Shown piece by piece: positions 47,801 to 56,842 of a stretch of DNA of 64,000 nucleotides. Under the pieces are notes generated by a model. It saw nothing but the letters and a program-made list of their open reading frames with translations. It ran no database searches and was not told the origin of the DNA. The first letter of the stretch is position 1, and each line of letters begins with the position of its first letter. Where the stretch lies: assembly GCA_048939765.1 (NCBI GenBank), contig JBHLPF010000001.1, positions 32,001-96,000 of the forward strand, written 5' to 3'. This DNA comes from Promethearchaeota archaeon (GTDB lineage: Archaea; Asgardarchaeota; Thorarchaeia; Thorarchaeales; Thorarchaeaceae). Position numbers and translations under genes: made by a program.

Positions 47801-48610
47801 AGTGTTGCTGCAGCCAAGCTCAGAGAAACAATGAGTGAAACAAATGAGTTTGATGCAGTAAGCATAGTTTCAGCTTTTCCTAGTTCACTTGATGCAATGA
47901 TTGAGAACCTAGCAATGGGAACCTCGACTAATGTAGGCTTGACAACTAGCGAGCATAAAACCCGGGCTGATGCTGGAGTGAATCTCATTGGCGCTATGCA
48001 TGGTGTTGGAACAGCGACAAACCGTGCAATACAGATGCGACTGTGGTTTCAGTTGATACAAGATTTCGTGGATTTGTCAAATGGTAGAACCGAATGGAAT
48101 GTCTTGCTAGAGTTCATTGAAACAACTGCCCTTCAATCACTTAGGGGGAAAACCACTCCAATGAATATAGAAGAAGGAAAGCGTGCATTGACAGAGCTGC
48201 TAGCGGATGAAGTCCTGATGGCTTTGCGCGTTGGAAATGATCTTGATTTCATTGATTTGGAGGAGGGCCTTTGGATTGTGAACTCTGGTGAGCTAGGAAA
48301 ACTCAAGGATTCAGCTGTAGATGCTCTTGAAAAGGAACTACGAAAACGGCAGAATTCGGTTTCCCGCGATCATGGCTACTATGATCTCTGTACAAATGGT
48401 GTTTCTTACGTGGTCTTTCCGAATCAGCAACAGCTCAATACGCTGCTTCACCTTCAAAGTGATATTGCATGCAGGACTTGCAAGTCAAGACGAATTGTCT
48501 GTGTGCTGACTGCTGCTGAGTATCTTGAGGAAACAATGGTTATGCCGGACAACGTCCTACTCTATGACTTCTCGGAGTATGTTTCTGTAGCCAGTGCGGC
48601 AGGACAATAA
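44834..48610 (+). CDS. Membrane-anchored HerA/VirB4/TraG-family ATPase with long C-terminal extension
   Basis: Two N-terminal TM helices; HVAVLGATGTGKTT, FDVKGSEY, VVLEEA, STRP..NTATKIAF; about 470-aa C-terminal tail. Confidence 0.82.
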   Translation: MSSHELSKGDRFRVPSRKDLPGLWKWIELGWLTSISILTLYFIVVYLLPLLGLITPVSIPSKLFIEVIISIGPVLMGVLVARRKLAFEQSLTAVLDDDLVAMNIGNHIVATCCLDIMSAPGSVHISRNDRPEYATAFLLALRAGMNEKVSMAYEVGVWRGEAFLRIFITGIGKSKEEVGNILRHEATRAEAILISSLNNVELHQLRGESLRDAVSGILSLDLEGNSSRELHTVLLLINGEPRVAPSLESSQIGTFLSVSLRQGYDVSLTCVFSKAKPGREQRKLEGQWKTIREKEKRNEDSLADHSEKKKLLRDYEEIQENTGWFDSSVSLAVRTDDSEHLSSIQEAVCGVVHSIWGGDGKVKLKPKAIGKNVAYRLLLRRHITSQRTHVSRLAAFLNTPVQQLPVIAASPVPAFTIPSRKLVNNEFVIGKAVFGGRRINDVGLKPEWLREHVAVLGATGTGKTTLVKHLIAELSKKSSVPWWIFDVKGSEYQELVNLCDDDILVLKPGVDPSFVIDFMDPETDSGERHAHTTFAILKELLNERGVSSELSPAMEKLLREAVLEVAHASSNDNSIQALIREISDLAGKDRTAIMTRDALLNRLEILSREPLGTILSGGRNAVRISNLMDKRVILDLQYVARTGGMDAARLLYNLIAKRIFDYALHRGIKPGLHHLVVLEEASNLVPESYTRHTAADVTTGESMVMLQRATGQGVVVISTRPNVSSNILANTATKIAFRLPYDSPIGARFMSLDDEQERYLKTLKRGRALIVLPGTEPFEIATRPFEMASILERPPLEPSIHDEREIPESKDASIEHDTTIQSGSFDSSSKPMGAVYDRLGELGSHIVAFLASRNMATQAEMEEILTAIDPRMESSDINEVIRDLVSLGTIEREALPIVPGDFIFTLPGRGLDAVSMMITDYIIEKLGLHDVTWERNLDDRPDIVLDDRAILILPQHLKASSMKTTVNKIRNYMNNLGNDFIELVVVVRGSVAAAKLRETMSETNEFDAVSIVSAFPSSLDAMIENLAMGTSTNVGLTTSEHKTRADAGVNLIGAMHGVGTATNRAIQMRLWFQLIQDFVDLSNGRTEWNVLLEFIETTALQSLRGKTTPMNIEEGKRALTELLADEVLMALRVGNDLDFIDLEEGLWIVNSGELGKLKDSAVDALEKELRKRQNSVSRDHGYYDLCTNGVSYVVFPNQQQLNTLLHLQSDIACRTCKSRRIVCVLTAAEYLEETMVMPDNVLLYDFSEYVSVASAAGQ

Positions 48611-48619
48611 TCATGGAAA

Positions 48620-49423
48620 TTAGAGTCGTATCTTTGTGCATCGGGGTGTCTTTCCAGAAAGCAAAGCGGACAATCGATTGGGCACTCCAAGATTGAATAT
48701 TGCTATGTCTATTTCAAGACCAGCTAGTGTGAAGATATCGCCAAGTTTCTTTTCCATTCCACCCGTGACGTCGGTAGCTGAGGATGGACCGGCTCTGTCA
48801 AGAATCGTGTTTATGTTTGTTGCATCGACTACCTCTATATGAGCCGCCTTTGGATTGATCCGAGGATTTTCCTCAAGAACTCCATCCACGTCTGTTCCAA
48901 TGTAGAGAGAAGTGGCTTTTAGATTCCTAGCAAGATAGACGGCAATTGTATCACCACTGAGAATAGAAGCACCAAGAGATTCGTCGAAGCAGACATCTCC
49001 ATGTGTGATGACAGTAAGGCCAGAATGAATTACCCTCTCAATGAATGATGTCTGAAAGCTGACGAGTTCTTTGTTATCTAGGCTGGCTATAAGAAAGGGT
49101 GATATTACAACTCCACGAATGCCTGCCTCATTCAGACTTTGTTCGACTGCAGTTGAAAGGACTGACATATTATGACGTATTGATGGGATTCCCCGAAGTA
49201 ATTGTTCTGATGAAGTTAGTGGATCACCAAAGCCATGTCTGTGAGCCGCTTGATGTCCATGTGCACCGCCACCTAGAATAATAATCAGCGGCGCGATGGA
49301 GGTCTTTAATTCTTGAGCAATTCGGGATAGATTCTCCTGATTGACTGTGGGAGGAGACATACCCTTGTGAGTTATGACGGATCCTCCCAGCTTTACTATT
49401 GTAAGGCTATTCACATCTAACAC
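48620..49423 (-). CDS. ipk: Isopentenyl phosphate kinase
   Basis: KLGGSVIT, GGGAHGH, HGD, SGD, DVTGGM. Confidence 0.9.
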   Translation of the reverse strand: MLDVNSLTIVKLGGSVITHKGMSPPTVNQENLSRIAQELKTSIAPLIIILGGGAHGHQAAHRHGFGDPLTSSEQLLRGIPSIRHNMSVLSTAVEQSLNEAGIRGVVISPFLIASLDNKELVSFQTSFIERVIHSGLTVITHGDVCFDESLGASILSGDTIAVYLARNLKATSLYIGTDVDGVLEENPRINPKAAHIEVVDATNINTILDRAGPSSATDVTGGMEKKLGDIFTLAGLEIDIAIFNLGVPNRLSALLSGKTPRCTKIRL

Positions 49424-49474
49424 TTGTTTCGTTTGGTCGTTTTCATACTTATGGACATTGTTATCCAGATTGCA

Positions 49475-49488
49475 AGAACACGTGTTCT
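49475..49488. promoter_or_regulatory. Recurrent palindrome AGAACACGTGTTCT
   Basis: Exact 14-bp palindrome between divergent ipk and rpsJ. Confidence 0.7.
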
Positions 49489-49568
49489 AGGTCACTACAC
49501 AAGACAACCTTTTTATCCGAATAGAATTCCGTTGCGTCATCCACCTCGAAAACGAGGCTGAACCAATA

Positions 49569-49880
49569 ATGACCCAGAAAGCACGGATTCGACTGTCAAG
49601 CACGAGTACAGAACACCTAGATGGTGTCTGTAATCAGATTAGACGTATAACTCGCAAGACAGGAGTCCGAATGTCTGGTCCAATTCCATTACCTACACGA
49701 AGAATGGTCATTCCTACACGCAAGACCCCATGCGGACAAGGATCTGAGTCATGGGACAAGTGGGAGATGAGAATTCACAAACGTTTGATTGACATCGACG
49801 CGGATGAACGTGCGATTCGTCAAATCATGCGAGTACGAATCCCTGACTCTGTCTATATTGAAATCGAACTCACCGGTTAG
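49569..49880 (+). CDS. rpsJ: 30S ribosomal protein S10 (uS10)
   Basis: [22 protein letters not shown]. Confidence 0.97.
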   Translation: MTQKARIRLSSTSTEHLDGVCNQIRRITRKTGVRMSGPIPLPTRRMVIPTRKTPCGQGSESWDKWEMRIHKRLIDIDADERAIRQIMRVRIPDSVYIEIELTG

Positions 49881-49960
49881 GACATTTGTGTCATCTACAC
49901 AAACTCTTTTTGGTGGAGAGTTATTGTTGTGCATCCATAGTGAGTCTGAGGACCTTGTAG

Positions 49961-51784
49961 ATGTGTGGTATAATCGGTGTCGTCCAGAAGCGTGGTCAAG
50001 TAGCTCCGTTTCTGCACCAAGCATTGAAACGCCTTGAATATCGCGGATACGATTCTGTGGGCGTAACAACGATTTCAGGCGACAAGCTACACATGAAGAA
50101 GGACAAGGGTAAGATTGAGGAGGTCCATATGAAGCTCAATCTTGATGAGATGCCTGGTAGTATCGGAATTGGGCATACTCGTTGGGCGACTCATGGAATA
50201 CCATCCATGTATAACTCTCATCCGCACTTCGATTGCAATAATCAGATTGCTGTTGTGCATAATGGAGTCATCGACAATTTCCTAGAGCTTAGAAAGGAAC
50301 TTGCGTCGAAAGGACACAAATTCGGCTCTGAAACCGACACTGAAGTCATTCCTCATATGATTGAAGACTATGTCGCTGATGGCATGAATCTGACCGAGGC
50401 AATCACGGAGGTCACTAAGAGAATTGAGGGTACATATGCCATTGTTGCCATGATGATAAAAGAACCAGGCAAGATTGTTTGTACTCGTGATGGAAACCCT
50501 CTTGTATTAGGGAGAAAGGAGGGTGTCACCTACGTGTCATCTGATATTCCTGCATTCTTGCCGATGACTAATGACATGATTTTACTCCTTGATGGAGAAG
50601 TCGCAACATTGACTACTGATAATGTTGAGATTAAGAAGCTCTCTGATGGAAGCATAGTAGAGAGAGAGTCTATCGAAATCAGTTGGACTGCGGATCAGGC
50701 GCAGAAGGGTGGGTTTCCACACTTCATGTTGAAAGAAATACATGAGCAACCTGATGCAATCAGAAACACATTGAGACTAAGACCTGAAGTTCTGCAGCAG
50801 GCCGCCAAATTGATTCTTGATAGCAAGAATGTCTACATCCTAGCAATGGGTACATCTGGACATGCAGCGATAGCTGGAAAGCATATGTTCGCGTCTCTTG
50901 GTGGAGTAGTACCCAGATTCGAGCTTGCCAGTGATTTTCCTGATACGGTGTATAATGCATTGTCTGAGGATGACTGCATAATCGCCATCACACAGTCAGG
51001 AGAAACGACGGACACCATCTTTGCTGTGAAATACGCGAGAACATTTGGAACGAAGGTGTTAGCTCTCACTAATGTTGTCGGGAGTTCAATAACACGAATA
51101 GCAGACCACACAATCATCACTCAGGCTGGTCCAGAAATCGGAGTGGCCGCTACTAAGACCTTCATGGTTCAACTTACGGCATTAGCCCAGATAGCTCTGG
51201 TTCTTGGGGAGATGACTGGGACTGTAGATAGCGAACTGTTGGAGAAGAAACGTGAGAGTCTGAGAAAACTTCCAGAGATTATTTCAGAGGTCATCTCAAG
51301 AAATGAAGAACAAGCTAGGCGCCTTGCAGGAATGTTCTATGACAGGCCGAGTCTTCTCTTTCTAGGACGGGGCATATCTCAAGCCACCGCTGAAGAGGGG
51401 GCTCTCAAACTCAAGGAGATAGCATATAATCATGCTGAAGCGTATTCAGCTGGACTGTCAAAACATGGACCTATTGCGCTAGTCCATAGCGGATATCCCG
51501 TGGTTTTCATCGCGCCAAGAGATGAAACGAGAAACAGACTCATCGGGAATATCATGGAAATGAAAGCTCGGGGGGCGACAATCATTTCAGTTATCGAGAA
51601 GGGTGACGAGGAGCTGGAAAGCCTCTCTGACTACTTATTTACTGTACCCAGAGGAGTGGACTCCGAGTTTTCTGTAATGCCCTACATTGTACCACTTCAA
51701 CTCTTCAGCTATTACATGGCTCGGAGAAAGGGCTATGATCCGGACAAGCCTCGGAACTTGGCAAAGTCTGTGACTGTTCTTTGA
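49961..51784 (+). CDS. glmS: Glutamine--fructose-6-phosphate aminotransferase
   Basis: MCGI, LEYRGYDS, GHTRWATHG, PRNLAKSVTV. Confidence 0.97.
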   Translation: MCGIIGVVQKRGQVAPFLHQALKRLEYRGYDSVGVTTISGDKLHMKKDKGKIEEVHMKLNLDEMPGSIGIGHTRWATHGIPSMYNSHPHFDCNNQIAVVHNGVIDNFLELRKELASKGHKFGSETDTEVIPHMIEDYVADGMNLTEAITEVTKRIEGTYAIVAMMIKEPGKIVCTRDGNPLVLGRKEGVTYVSSDIPAFLPMTNDMILLLDGEVATLTTDNVEIKKLSDGSIVERESIEISWTADQAQKGGFPHFMLKEIHEQPDAIRNTLRLRPEVLQQAAKLILDSKNVYILAMGTSGHAAIAGKHMFASLGGVVPRFELASDFPDTVYNALSEDDCIIAITQSGETTDTIFAVKYARTFGTKVLALTNVVGSSITRIADHTIITQAGPEIGVAATKTFMVQLTALAQIALVLGEMTGTVDSELLEKKRESLRKLPEIISEVISRNEEQARRLAGMFYDRPSLLFLGRGISQATAEEGALKLKEIAYNHAEAYSAGLSKHGPIALVHSGYPVVFIAPRDETRNRLIGNIMEMKARGATIISVIEKGDEELESLSDYLFTVPRGVDSEFSVMPYIVPLQLFSYYMARRKGYDPDKPRNLAKSVTVL

Positions 51785-51821
51785 GGACTTTAAATCCACA
51801 CTTCATTCGATTATCTAGTGT

Positions 51822-52079
51822 GTGAAACCAATGCTTGCATATTTACTTAGTCCGTTGGCTGACTTTGCAAACCTGGTAGCAGGTTACTTTGCGGAAATAT
51901 GGGACTTCCTGATTTTTATAGGTGGGATTTCCGCGGCGATAGTCGTCCTCGCGGGAGCAATTCTATGGTTCACAGAGGTAAACTCAAAGCGTGGAAAAGG
52001 TCTAGTGATGAGTGGAGTACTTCTCGCAGTAATCGTGCAGTACTTCATCATGTATCCTCCCATTTTTGGTGTTGGTTAA
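51822..52079 (+). CDS. Small two-TM membrane protein, VirB2/TrbC-pilin-like
   Basis: Two hydrophobic helices separated by a short basic loop (SKRGKG). Confidence 0.55.
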   Translation: MKPMLAYLLSPLADFANLVAGYFAEIWDFLIFIGGISAAIVVLAGAILWFTEVNSKRGKGLVMSGVLLAVIVQYFIMYPPIFGVG

Positions 52080-52093
52080 GCCCTTTCATGGAA

Positions 52094-53296
52094 TCATAGA
52101 AGTTCCTTGATGATCATCCTGAGCGACTCAGTCAGTCGATCAATGTCCTCGATGGTGTTGTATGCGTGTAGTGACACTTGAACAAGTCCCTCCTCTGAGA
52201 ATGGCTTGATAAGCGGATGAGCACAGACTAGACCACTTCTGACTGCAATATTGGAGTCATCAAGGAAGAGAGCAATCTCGTGGCAGTTGATTCCATTCTT
52301 GTCGCCGATATTGAATCCAAAGATATTATTCTCCCTGGTAGGGTTACCATAGAGAATTATTCCTTCTATCTCGCTGAGAGCATCATAAGTGTAGGCGGAA
52401 ATTGCTTTCATGTGTTTGAGCTGACCCTGATTCCTAAGTTCACGAAGATAATCAAGTGAAGCGCCTAGACCCGCTATCGCTGGAAGATTAAGGATGCCAG
52501 ATTCGAATTTGTCTGGTTGGAGGGCAATCTCGAATGATTCAGCTTCAACATTGGCGACTGCGGAACCACCAATTACACCAGGCTTGTGGGATTCCCCAAG
52601 GTCCTTTCGAATCCACTGTAATGCGAGTCCTGGAGGACCCATCAGACCGATATTTGCTGAACATATAGCTACGTCAGCATGCAGAAACGAAAGATTTGTG
52701 TCTGTCACGCCTATGGATCGTGTTGCATCTGTGAGAAGTAATGCTTCATGTTCTTGACAGATTTTAGCTACTTCTCCAAGCGGATTTCTCACACCAGCCC
52801 CCATGGTTACATGACTGACTGCAACAATTCCTGCTTCTGCGTTGACTGCTTTGTCGAGTTCTGACATATTCAAGGCACCATCAGAGAATAACGGAACAGT
52901 TTCAACTTGAAGGTCTAATATCTGAGCTACCCTCAGGAGGGTAACAAGGATTGAATGCTCTTCACTCTGAGCAATTACAATCTTGTTCCGATTTGCCTCT
53001 TTCCAGTCAAACCCGTATGCAAAAGATGCAACCGCGGTCGGGATAGATTTCTGGAAAGAAACTTGTGACGTGTCAGTAGCCATGAACTCCGCTAATGACT
53101 TACGGACATTCTCAGTCATGGAACTGGCGTTAACAGTCAGTCTATAGGCACCTCTTCTGGCGGATGATACTGTTGTGTTGAGGAATCTATATGTGGCATC
53201 AGCAGCAGTCCGAGGAACCAAGGTAGTACTTGCTGAATCAAGATACACCAGTTCTGGTTCTACATCATAAACGCCGAAATCTGCCTTGATATCCAT
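52094..53296 (-). CDS. SufS-like class V aminotransferase lacking the PLP lysine
   Basis: YLDSAST, KFESG, VRSGLVCAHP present; SxHK replaced by SANI. Confidence 0.82.
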   Translation of the reverse strand: MDIKADFGVYDVEPELVYLDSASTTLVPRTAADATYRFLNTTVSSARRGAYRLTVNASSMTENVRKSLAEFMATDTSQVSFQKSIPTAVASFAYGFDWKEANRNKIVIAQSEEHSILVTLLRVAQILDLQVETVPLFSDGALNMSELDKAVNAEAGIVAVSHVTMGAGVRNPLGEVAKICQEHEALLLTDATRSIGVTDTNLSFLHADVAICSANIGLMGPPGLALQWIRKDLGESHKPGVIGGSAVANVEAESFEIALQPDKFESGILNLPAIAGLGASLDYLRELRNQGQLKHMKAISAYTYDALSEIEGIILYGNPTRENNIFGFNIGDKNGINCHEIALFLDDSNIAVRSGLVCAHPLIKPFSEEGLVQVSLHAYNTIEDIDRLTESLRMIIKELL

Positions 53297-53359
53297 TGCC
53301 ACCACAGTCAGTTTCTTAGCGGAGGTCTCTTTAATTGTTGGCCTTGTGTTCAGAAATCG

Positions 53360-54388
53360 ATGAGTCCTTTGAGTGTTACACCTGTTGAAGGTTATTTCAT
53401 AATGACCGATGATGATCTTCTGTTCGAAGTGAAAGGAATCGTCCATCCCAAGGACAGAGTCATTGCGTACCTGCGCTACATCCAGGATAAGCATGGAGAT
53501 CGCCAGTCAAGAAGTGGGACTCGGTTCAGAAAGGTGTACAACTTGAAGGAACGAGATGAGATTCTTCACAGAGAGTATCCCCAGTATCTCTGGCTCGATG
53601 AAAACCGTGGACGGGAATTTCAGGCGGTTCCGAGAAACCGTGTTTCATTCGTTCTGAGTCCGATAGATGGACTGCGACAGCTTCTCGATATGGGAATACA
53701 TATCACTGCTTTGGAGAAAGCGTCCCGAGCTCTTGCTGAACTCCTTGTGGATAAAGCTGGAATAGAATGGTCAGACATTGGACTTACAGGGTCTCAACTT
53801 GTAGGCCTTTCCAGCGAGAAGTCTGACATCGACCTTGTTGTCTACGGATCAAAGTCCGCAAGAAGGATTCATAGTGTGCTTAGGGACGAATTTGACTCGT
53901 TGCCTGGAATAGAACGATACCATGGAATTCGGTTGAAAAGGCATGTGAAGTTTAGATGGGACAAACATGATCAATGGGAGATGTCACTACAGAAGATTGA
54001 ATCTCAAAAAGTACTCCAAGGATTGTTTAGGTCATATGACTTCTTCATCAGGATGGTCAAGCTTCCTAGCGAGGTAGAATACAAGTATGAAGACCTAATC
54101 ATCAGGAATAAGGGCATCCAGACAATCGAGTGTTTAGTCATAGATGACACTGATTCAATATTCACTCCATGCACCTACACTGTAGAATCCGATATGACCA
54201 ACCTGCGGAGATTGGTTAGTTTTCGAGGGAGATTCACAGAGCATGTCTTTGCGGGTGAATCTGTTGAGGCACGCGGAAGAATGGAAACTGTGACCAATGT
54301 GAACACGAACGAGTCTTTCACTCAGTTGGTCCTCGGTGAAGATCCATTGGACTATTTGATACCAATTCAAGCCATCCAAAAGAATTGA
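53360..54388 (+). CDS. Predicted nucleotidyltransferase (archaeal COG1665-like)
   Basis: VKGIVHP..AYLRY, GLTGS..SDIDLVVYG, EARG. Confidence 0.82.
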   Translation: MSPLSVTPVEGYFIMTDDDLLFEVKGIVHPKDRVIAYLRYIQDKHGDRQSRSGTRFRKVYNLKERDEILHREYPQYLWLDENRGREFQAVPRNRVSFVLSPIDGLRQLLDMGIHITALEKASRALAELLVDKAGIEWSDIGLTGSQLVGLSSEKSDIDLVVYGSKSARRIHSVLRDEFDSLPGIERYHGIRLKRHVKFRWDKHDQWEMSLQKIESQKVLQGLFRSYDFFIRMVKLPSEVEYKYEDLIIRNKGIQTIECLVIDDTDSIFTPCTYTVESDMTNLRRLVSFRGRFTEHVFAGESVEARGRMETVTNVNTNESFTQLVLGEDPLDYLIPIQAIQKN

Positions 54389-54426
54389 CATATTCACCTC
54401 ATTAACAGGTTTTCACAGTGAGTATC

Positions 54427-54825
54427 TGTGAATGGCGCCTTTTTTGTGAATCATTCTCATGAAAGAGCCTTTAAATCGCCTTAATCAGCGGAAGGACAGC
54501 CCATAAACCCTCTTAAGCCTGTGAATGAAGCCACCCCTTGGTTTCCAGTGGAACAGGACAAGAAGAGATATGAAATACTAATCGACTCATTCACAAAGCA
54601 CATATTCTAGTGAACAGCAGAAGGTTTGAACATTTCCCTTCTTTTCCAAAAATAAGGTTTCATAACGCTTATTTTGTCTAAAATTGACCGCACAAGCTGC
54701 CAGCACATCGATATCAACGTGGACGTGTTCTGAATAGGTATAGGCGCATTATGTTGCCGTTATCTCCGTATTGCTAATTCACATACTCACACTTATTTGG
54801 TCACAGTCAGTTATCGGGTGTGAAT
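54427..54825. repeat. Cluster of six TGTGAAT/ATTCACA heptamers
   Basis: Exact copies at 54427, 54445, 54520, 54589 (rc), 54777 (rc) and 54819 within a 470-bp intergenic region. Confidence 0.7.
54532..54554 (-). promoter_or_regulatory. Origin recognition box (ORB)
   Basis: Reverse complement GTTCCACTGGAAACCAAGGGGTG matches the archaeal ORB core plus G-string. Confidence 0.75.
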
Positions 54826-54859
54826 ATTGAAATGGGTATGAGTTACTCGGATACAGGTC

Positions 54860-55498
54860 TTGGTGGAATACTTGAAGTCTGAAGATCGTACAAACTATGT
54901 CTATCGGTTCACCTACAACTCGGGACCAGGACTTCGAGAAGTGTTCCAGTGCAAGTATGTCAGACCCGATGAGGCGTTAACTAGGTTTCAGAGAATTCTG
55001 TCCTTGACAAATGAGCCCTTTGATTTCAAGATAGTAGTAATTGACGAAGCAAAAAGGGAAGAATCTAGCTTTGAAGTTGAGGGTGGTAGCGTAAAGGAAA
55101 TGATTGAGAAGTTCCGAGTCTTCTTGGAAGCAAGCACAGGCATCCTGTTTGTCCCAGAACAAGAGAGTGTTGAAGTAGAGTTTGAAGAGATCAGTTTCGA
55201 GTCAATGAGTAGCTTTGAGAAAATGCACATAGTGATCTACGCGTCATTCAAACATGGCAAGTTCTCCTCACTTGATGTTGCCGAGATATTTGAAGCAACA
55301 TTCAATGAAGACTTGCCAAAGAGTACTGCATCTACATACTTAGCCAGAATGTGGAATGATGGTAAGGGACACCTGGAACGCTATGGCAATCGTTCTGGCT
55401 ACACATATAGGCTCAAGACAGAAATGGCAGAGGTTCAAAAGGAAACTGAGAGAGCCGAAGATATCCTTGCATCGATTCAGATACGCGTTGGTAAATAG
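54860..55498 (+). CDS. Hypothetical protein with C-terminal winged helix
   Basis: FSSLDVAEIF..LPKSTASTYLARM..LERYG..YTYRL. Confidence 0.75.
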   Translation: MVEYLKSEDRTNYVYRFTYNSGPGLREVFQCKYVRPDEALTRFQRILSLTNEPFDFKIVVIDEAKREESSFEVEGGSVKEMIEKFRVFLEASTGILFVPEQESVEVEFEEISFESMSSFEKMHIVIYASFKHGKFSSLDVAEIFEATFNEDLPKSTASTYLARMWNDGKGHLERYGNRSGYTYRLKTEMAEVQKETERAEDILASIQIRVGK

Positions 55499-55520
55499 AA
55501 CGGCTCTCTTTAGTGATTCT

Positions 55521-56840
55521 CTATTGTTTGACAGTACGTTCCTCCAGTTTGATACCTAGCGTTTCCAATTCCTTTAGAATTGGTTCATAGACTTCCGGCA
55601 TGACTGGTCTGTGGACTCCCACCAAGTCTACAGATTCCTCAAGGATCATCCTGCTAGCAATTGCCACAGGAAATGCAACCGTTCTAGACATGGAAGAGTC
55701 ACCATTGGGTATGCCGTAGTCAATCATTGTGGATGTGATCTTCTCTCTTCTGTCAGGATATTCTGCGATGAACTCATGGTGCATGACGAGCATATCACGT
55801 TCGCCAGGAGCATACTGTAGCTTCTGCTCAAACAGATTACAGACAGAATCGAGATACGTTATGACATCGGAAGGAATCTCTTGGTCACTGAAAAGACCCA
55901 GCCATTCAAGACGCTGCACTATCGGATCATTGCTCTTGAGACCAATCGTTCTCGCTGTAGCATCTATGGAAAACTCAGAATCAGCTGCATTGGTCAGCTC
56001 ACTCATCATCTTAGCATATGTCATTCCACCAAAGTTCCGTTCTTCAATGGACAAGAGACCGAGGTCCGCCACTTTCTTGAGCGTCCCACACCAACCCAAG
56101 TTCCTGTAAGTGCCTCTCTGCATGGTCTTGGTTTCTTGGATGCCATAATAGTCTATGAAAGGCATGCTGTCACGATTAGGATAGCCTTCAAACTTCCCAA
56201 TCCCAGGCACCTCCATTATCTTGTAGTGGTCAAAGAGCTCAGGACCTGGAATCTTGACTACTTTTCCATCAAGCAGGAATTGAGCGTCATTACGACCGGC
56301 AAGAAGAACACCTCGTGGGCTCCAAGAGAGCTTGTACCCAAATGGGTTGTCGTTAGCATCTGGAGCTGGTAGGCCTCCAGTAAAGGATGTGAAGCTGGCA
56401 ATCTTTCCATCCTGATTGTGGACATGATCAATGATCCGCATGGCACTCATGTGGTCAATGCCTGGGTCGACTCCACACTCATTTAGAACTAGGACTCCAG
56501 CAGCTCTAGCTTCTTCATCCAGCGCTTTCATCTCATCTGAGATGTAGGAAGTTGTACAGAACGGTTTCTTGTGCTTGATAGCTACCTTTGCCGCTTTCAC
56601 ATGATAGGTGTAAGGCAGAAGAGAACAGACCAAATCAGCTTGGGAGGTCAATTCATCAAGAAGGTCGTCATCTGTCTTTATGTTGAAAGCGACAGCCTCA
56701 GCAGTCTTGCACCCCTCAATCAGTCGTTCTGCTTTGCTCTTGGTTCTACTTGCGACCACAACATGAAAGCCGTGATGACACAGATATTGGACGTATGGGC
56801 GGGCCACGAGGCCTGCACCTAGACAAAGGACTTTCTTCAT
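55521..56840 (-). CDS. Saccharopine dehydrogenase (SDH/LYS9-like)
   Basis: LGAGLV, SLLPY, ECGVDPGIDHM, YKLSWSPRG, YPNRDS, MSRTV. Confidence 0.92.
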   Translation of the reverse strand: MKKVLCLGAGLVARPYVQYLCHHGFHVVVASRTKSKAERLIEGCKTAEAVAFNIKTDDDLLDELTSQADLVCSLLPYTYHVKAAKVAIKHKKPFCTTSYISDEMKALDEEARAAGVLVLNECGVDPGIDHMSAMRIIDHVHNQDGKIASFTSFTGGLPAPDANDNPFGYKLSWSPRGVLLAGRNDAQFLLDGKVVKIPGPELFDHYKIMEVPGIGKFEGYPNRDSMPFIDYYGIQETKTMQRGTYRNLGWCGTLKKVADLGLLSIEERNFGGMTYAKMMSELTNAADSEFSIDATARTIGLKSNDPIVQRLEWLGLFSDQEIPSDVITYLDSVCNLFEQKLQYAPGERDMLVMHHEFIAEYPDRREKITSTMIDYGIPNGDSSMSRTVAFPVAIASRMILEESVDLVGVHRPVMPEVYEPILKELETLGIKLEERTVKQ

Positions 56841-56842
56841 AG

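Noticed and set aside
53297-53494. N-terminal extension of the SufS-like ORF
   Set aside because: It overlaps the divergent nucleotidyltransferase gene; homology begins near MDIKADF.
54427-54825. TGTGAAT repeats read as DnaA boxes or a CRISPR array
   Set aside because: They match only part of TTATNCACA, the genome is archaeal, and the repeats are short, irregular and in both orientations.
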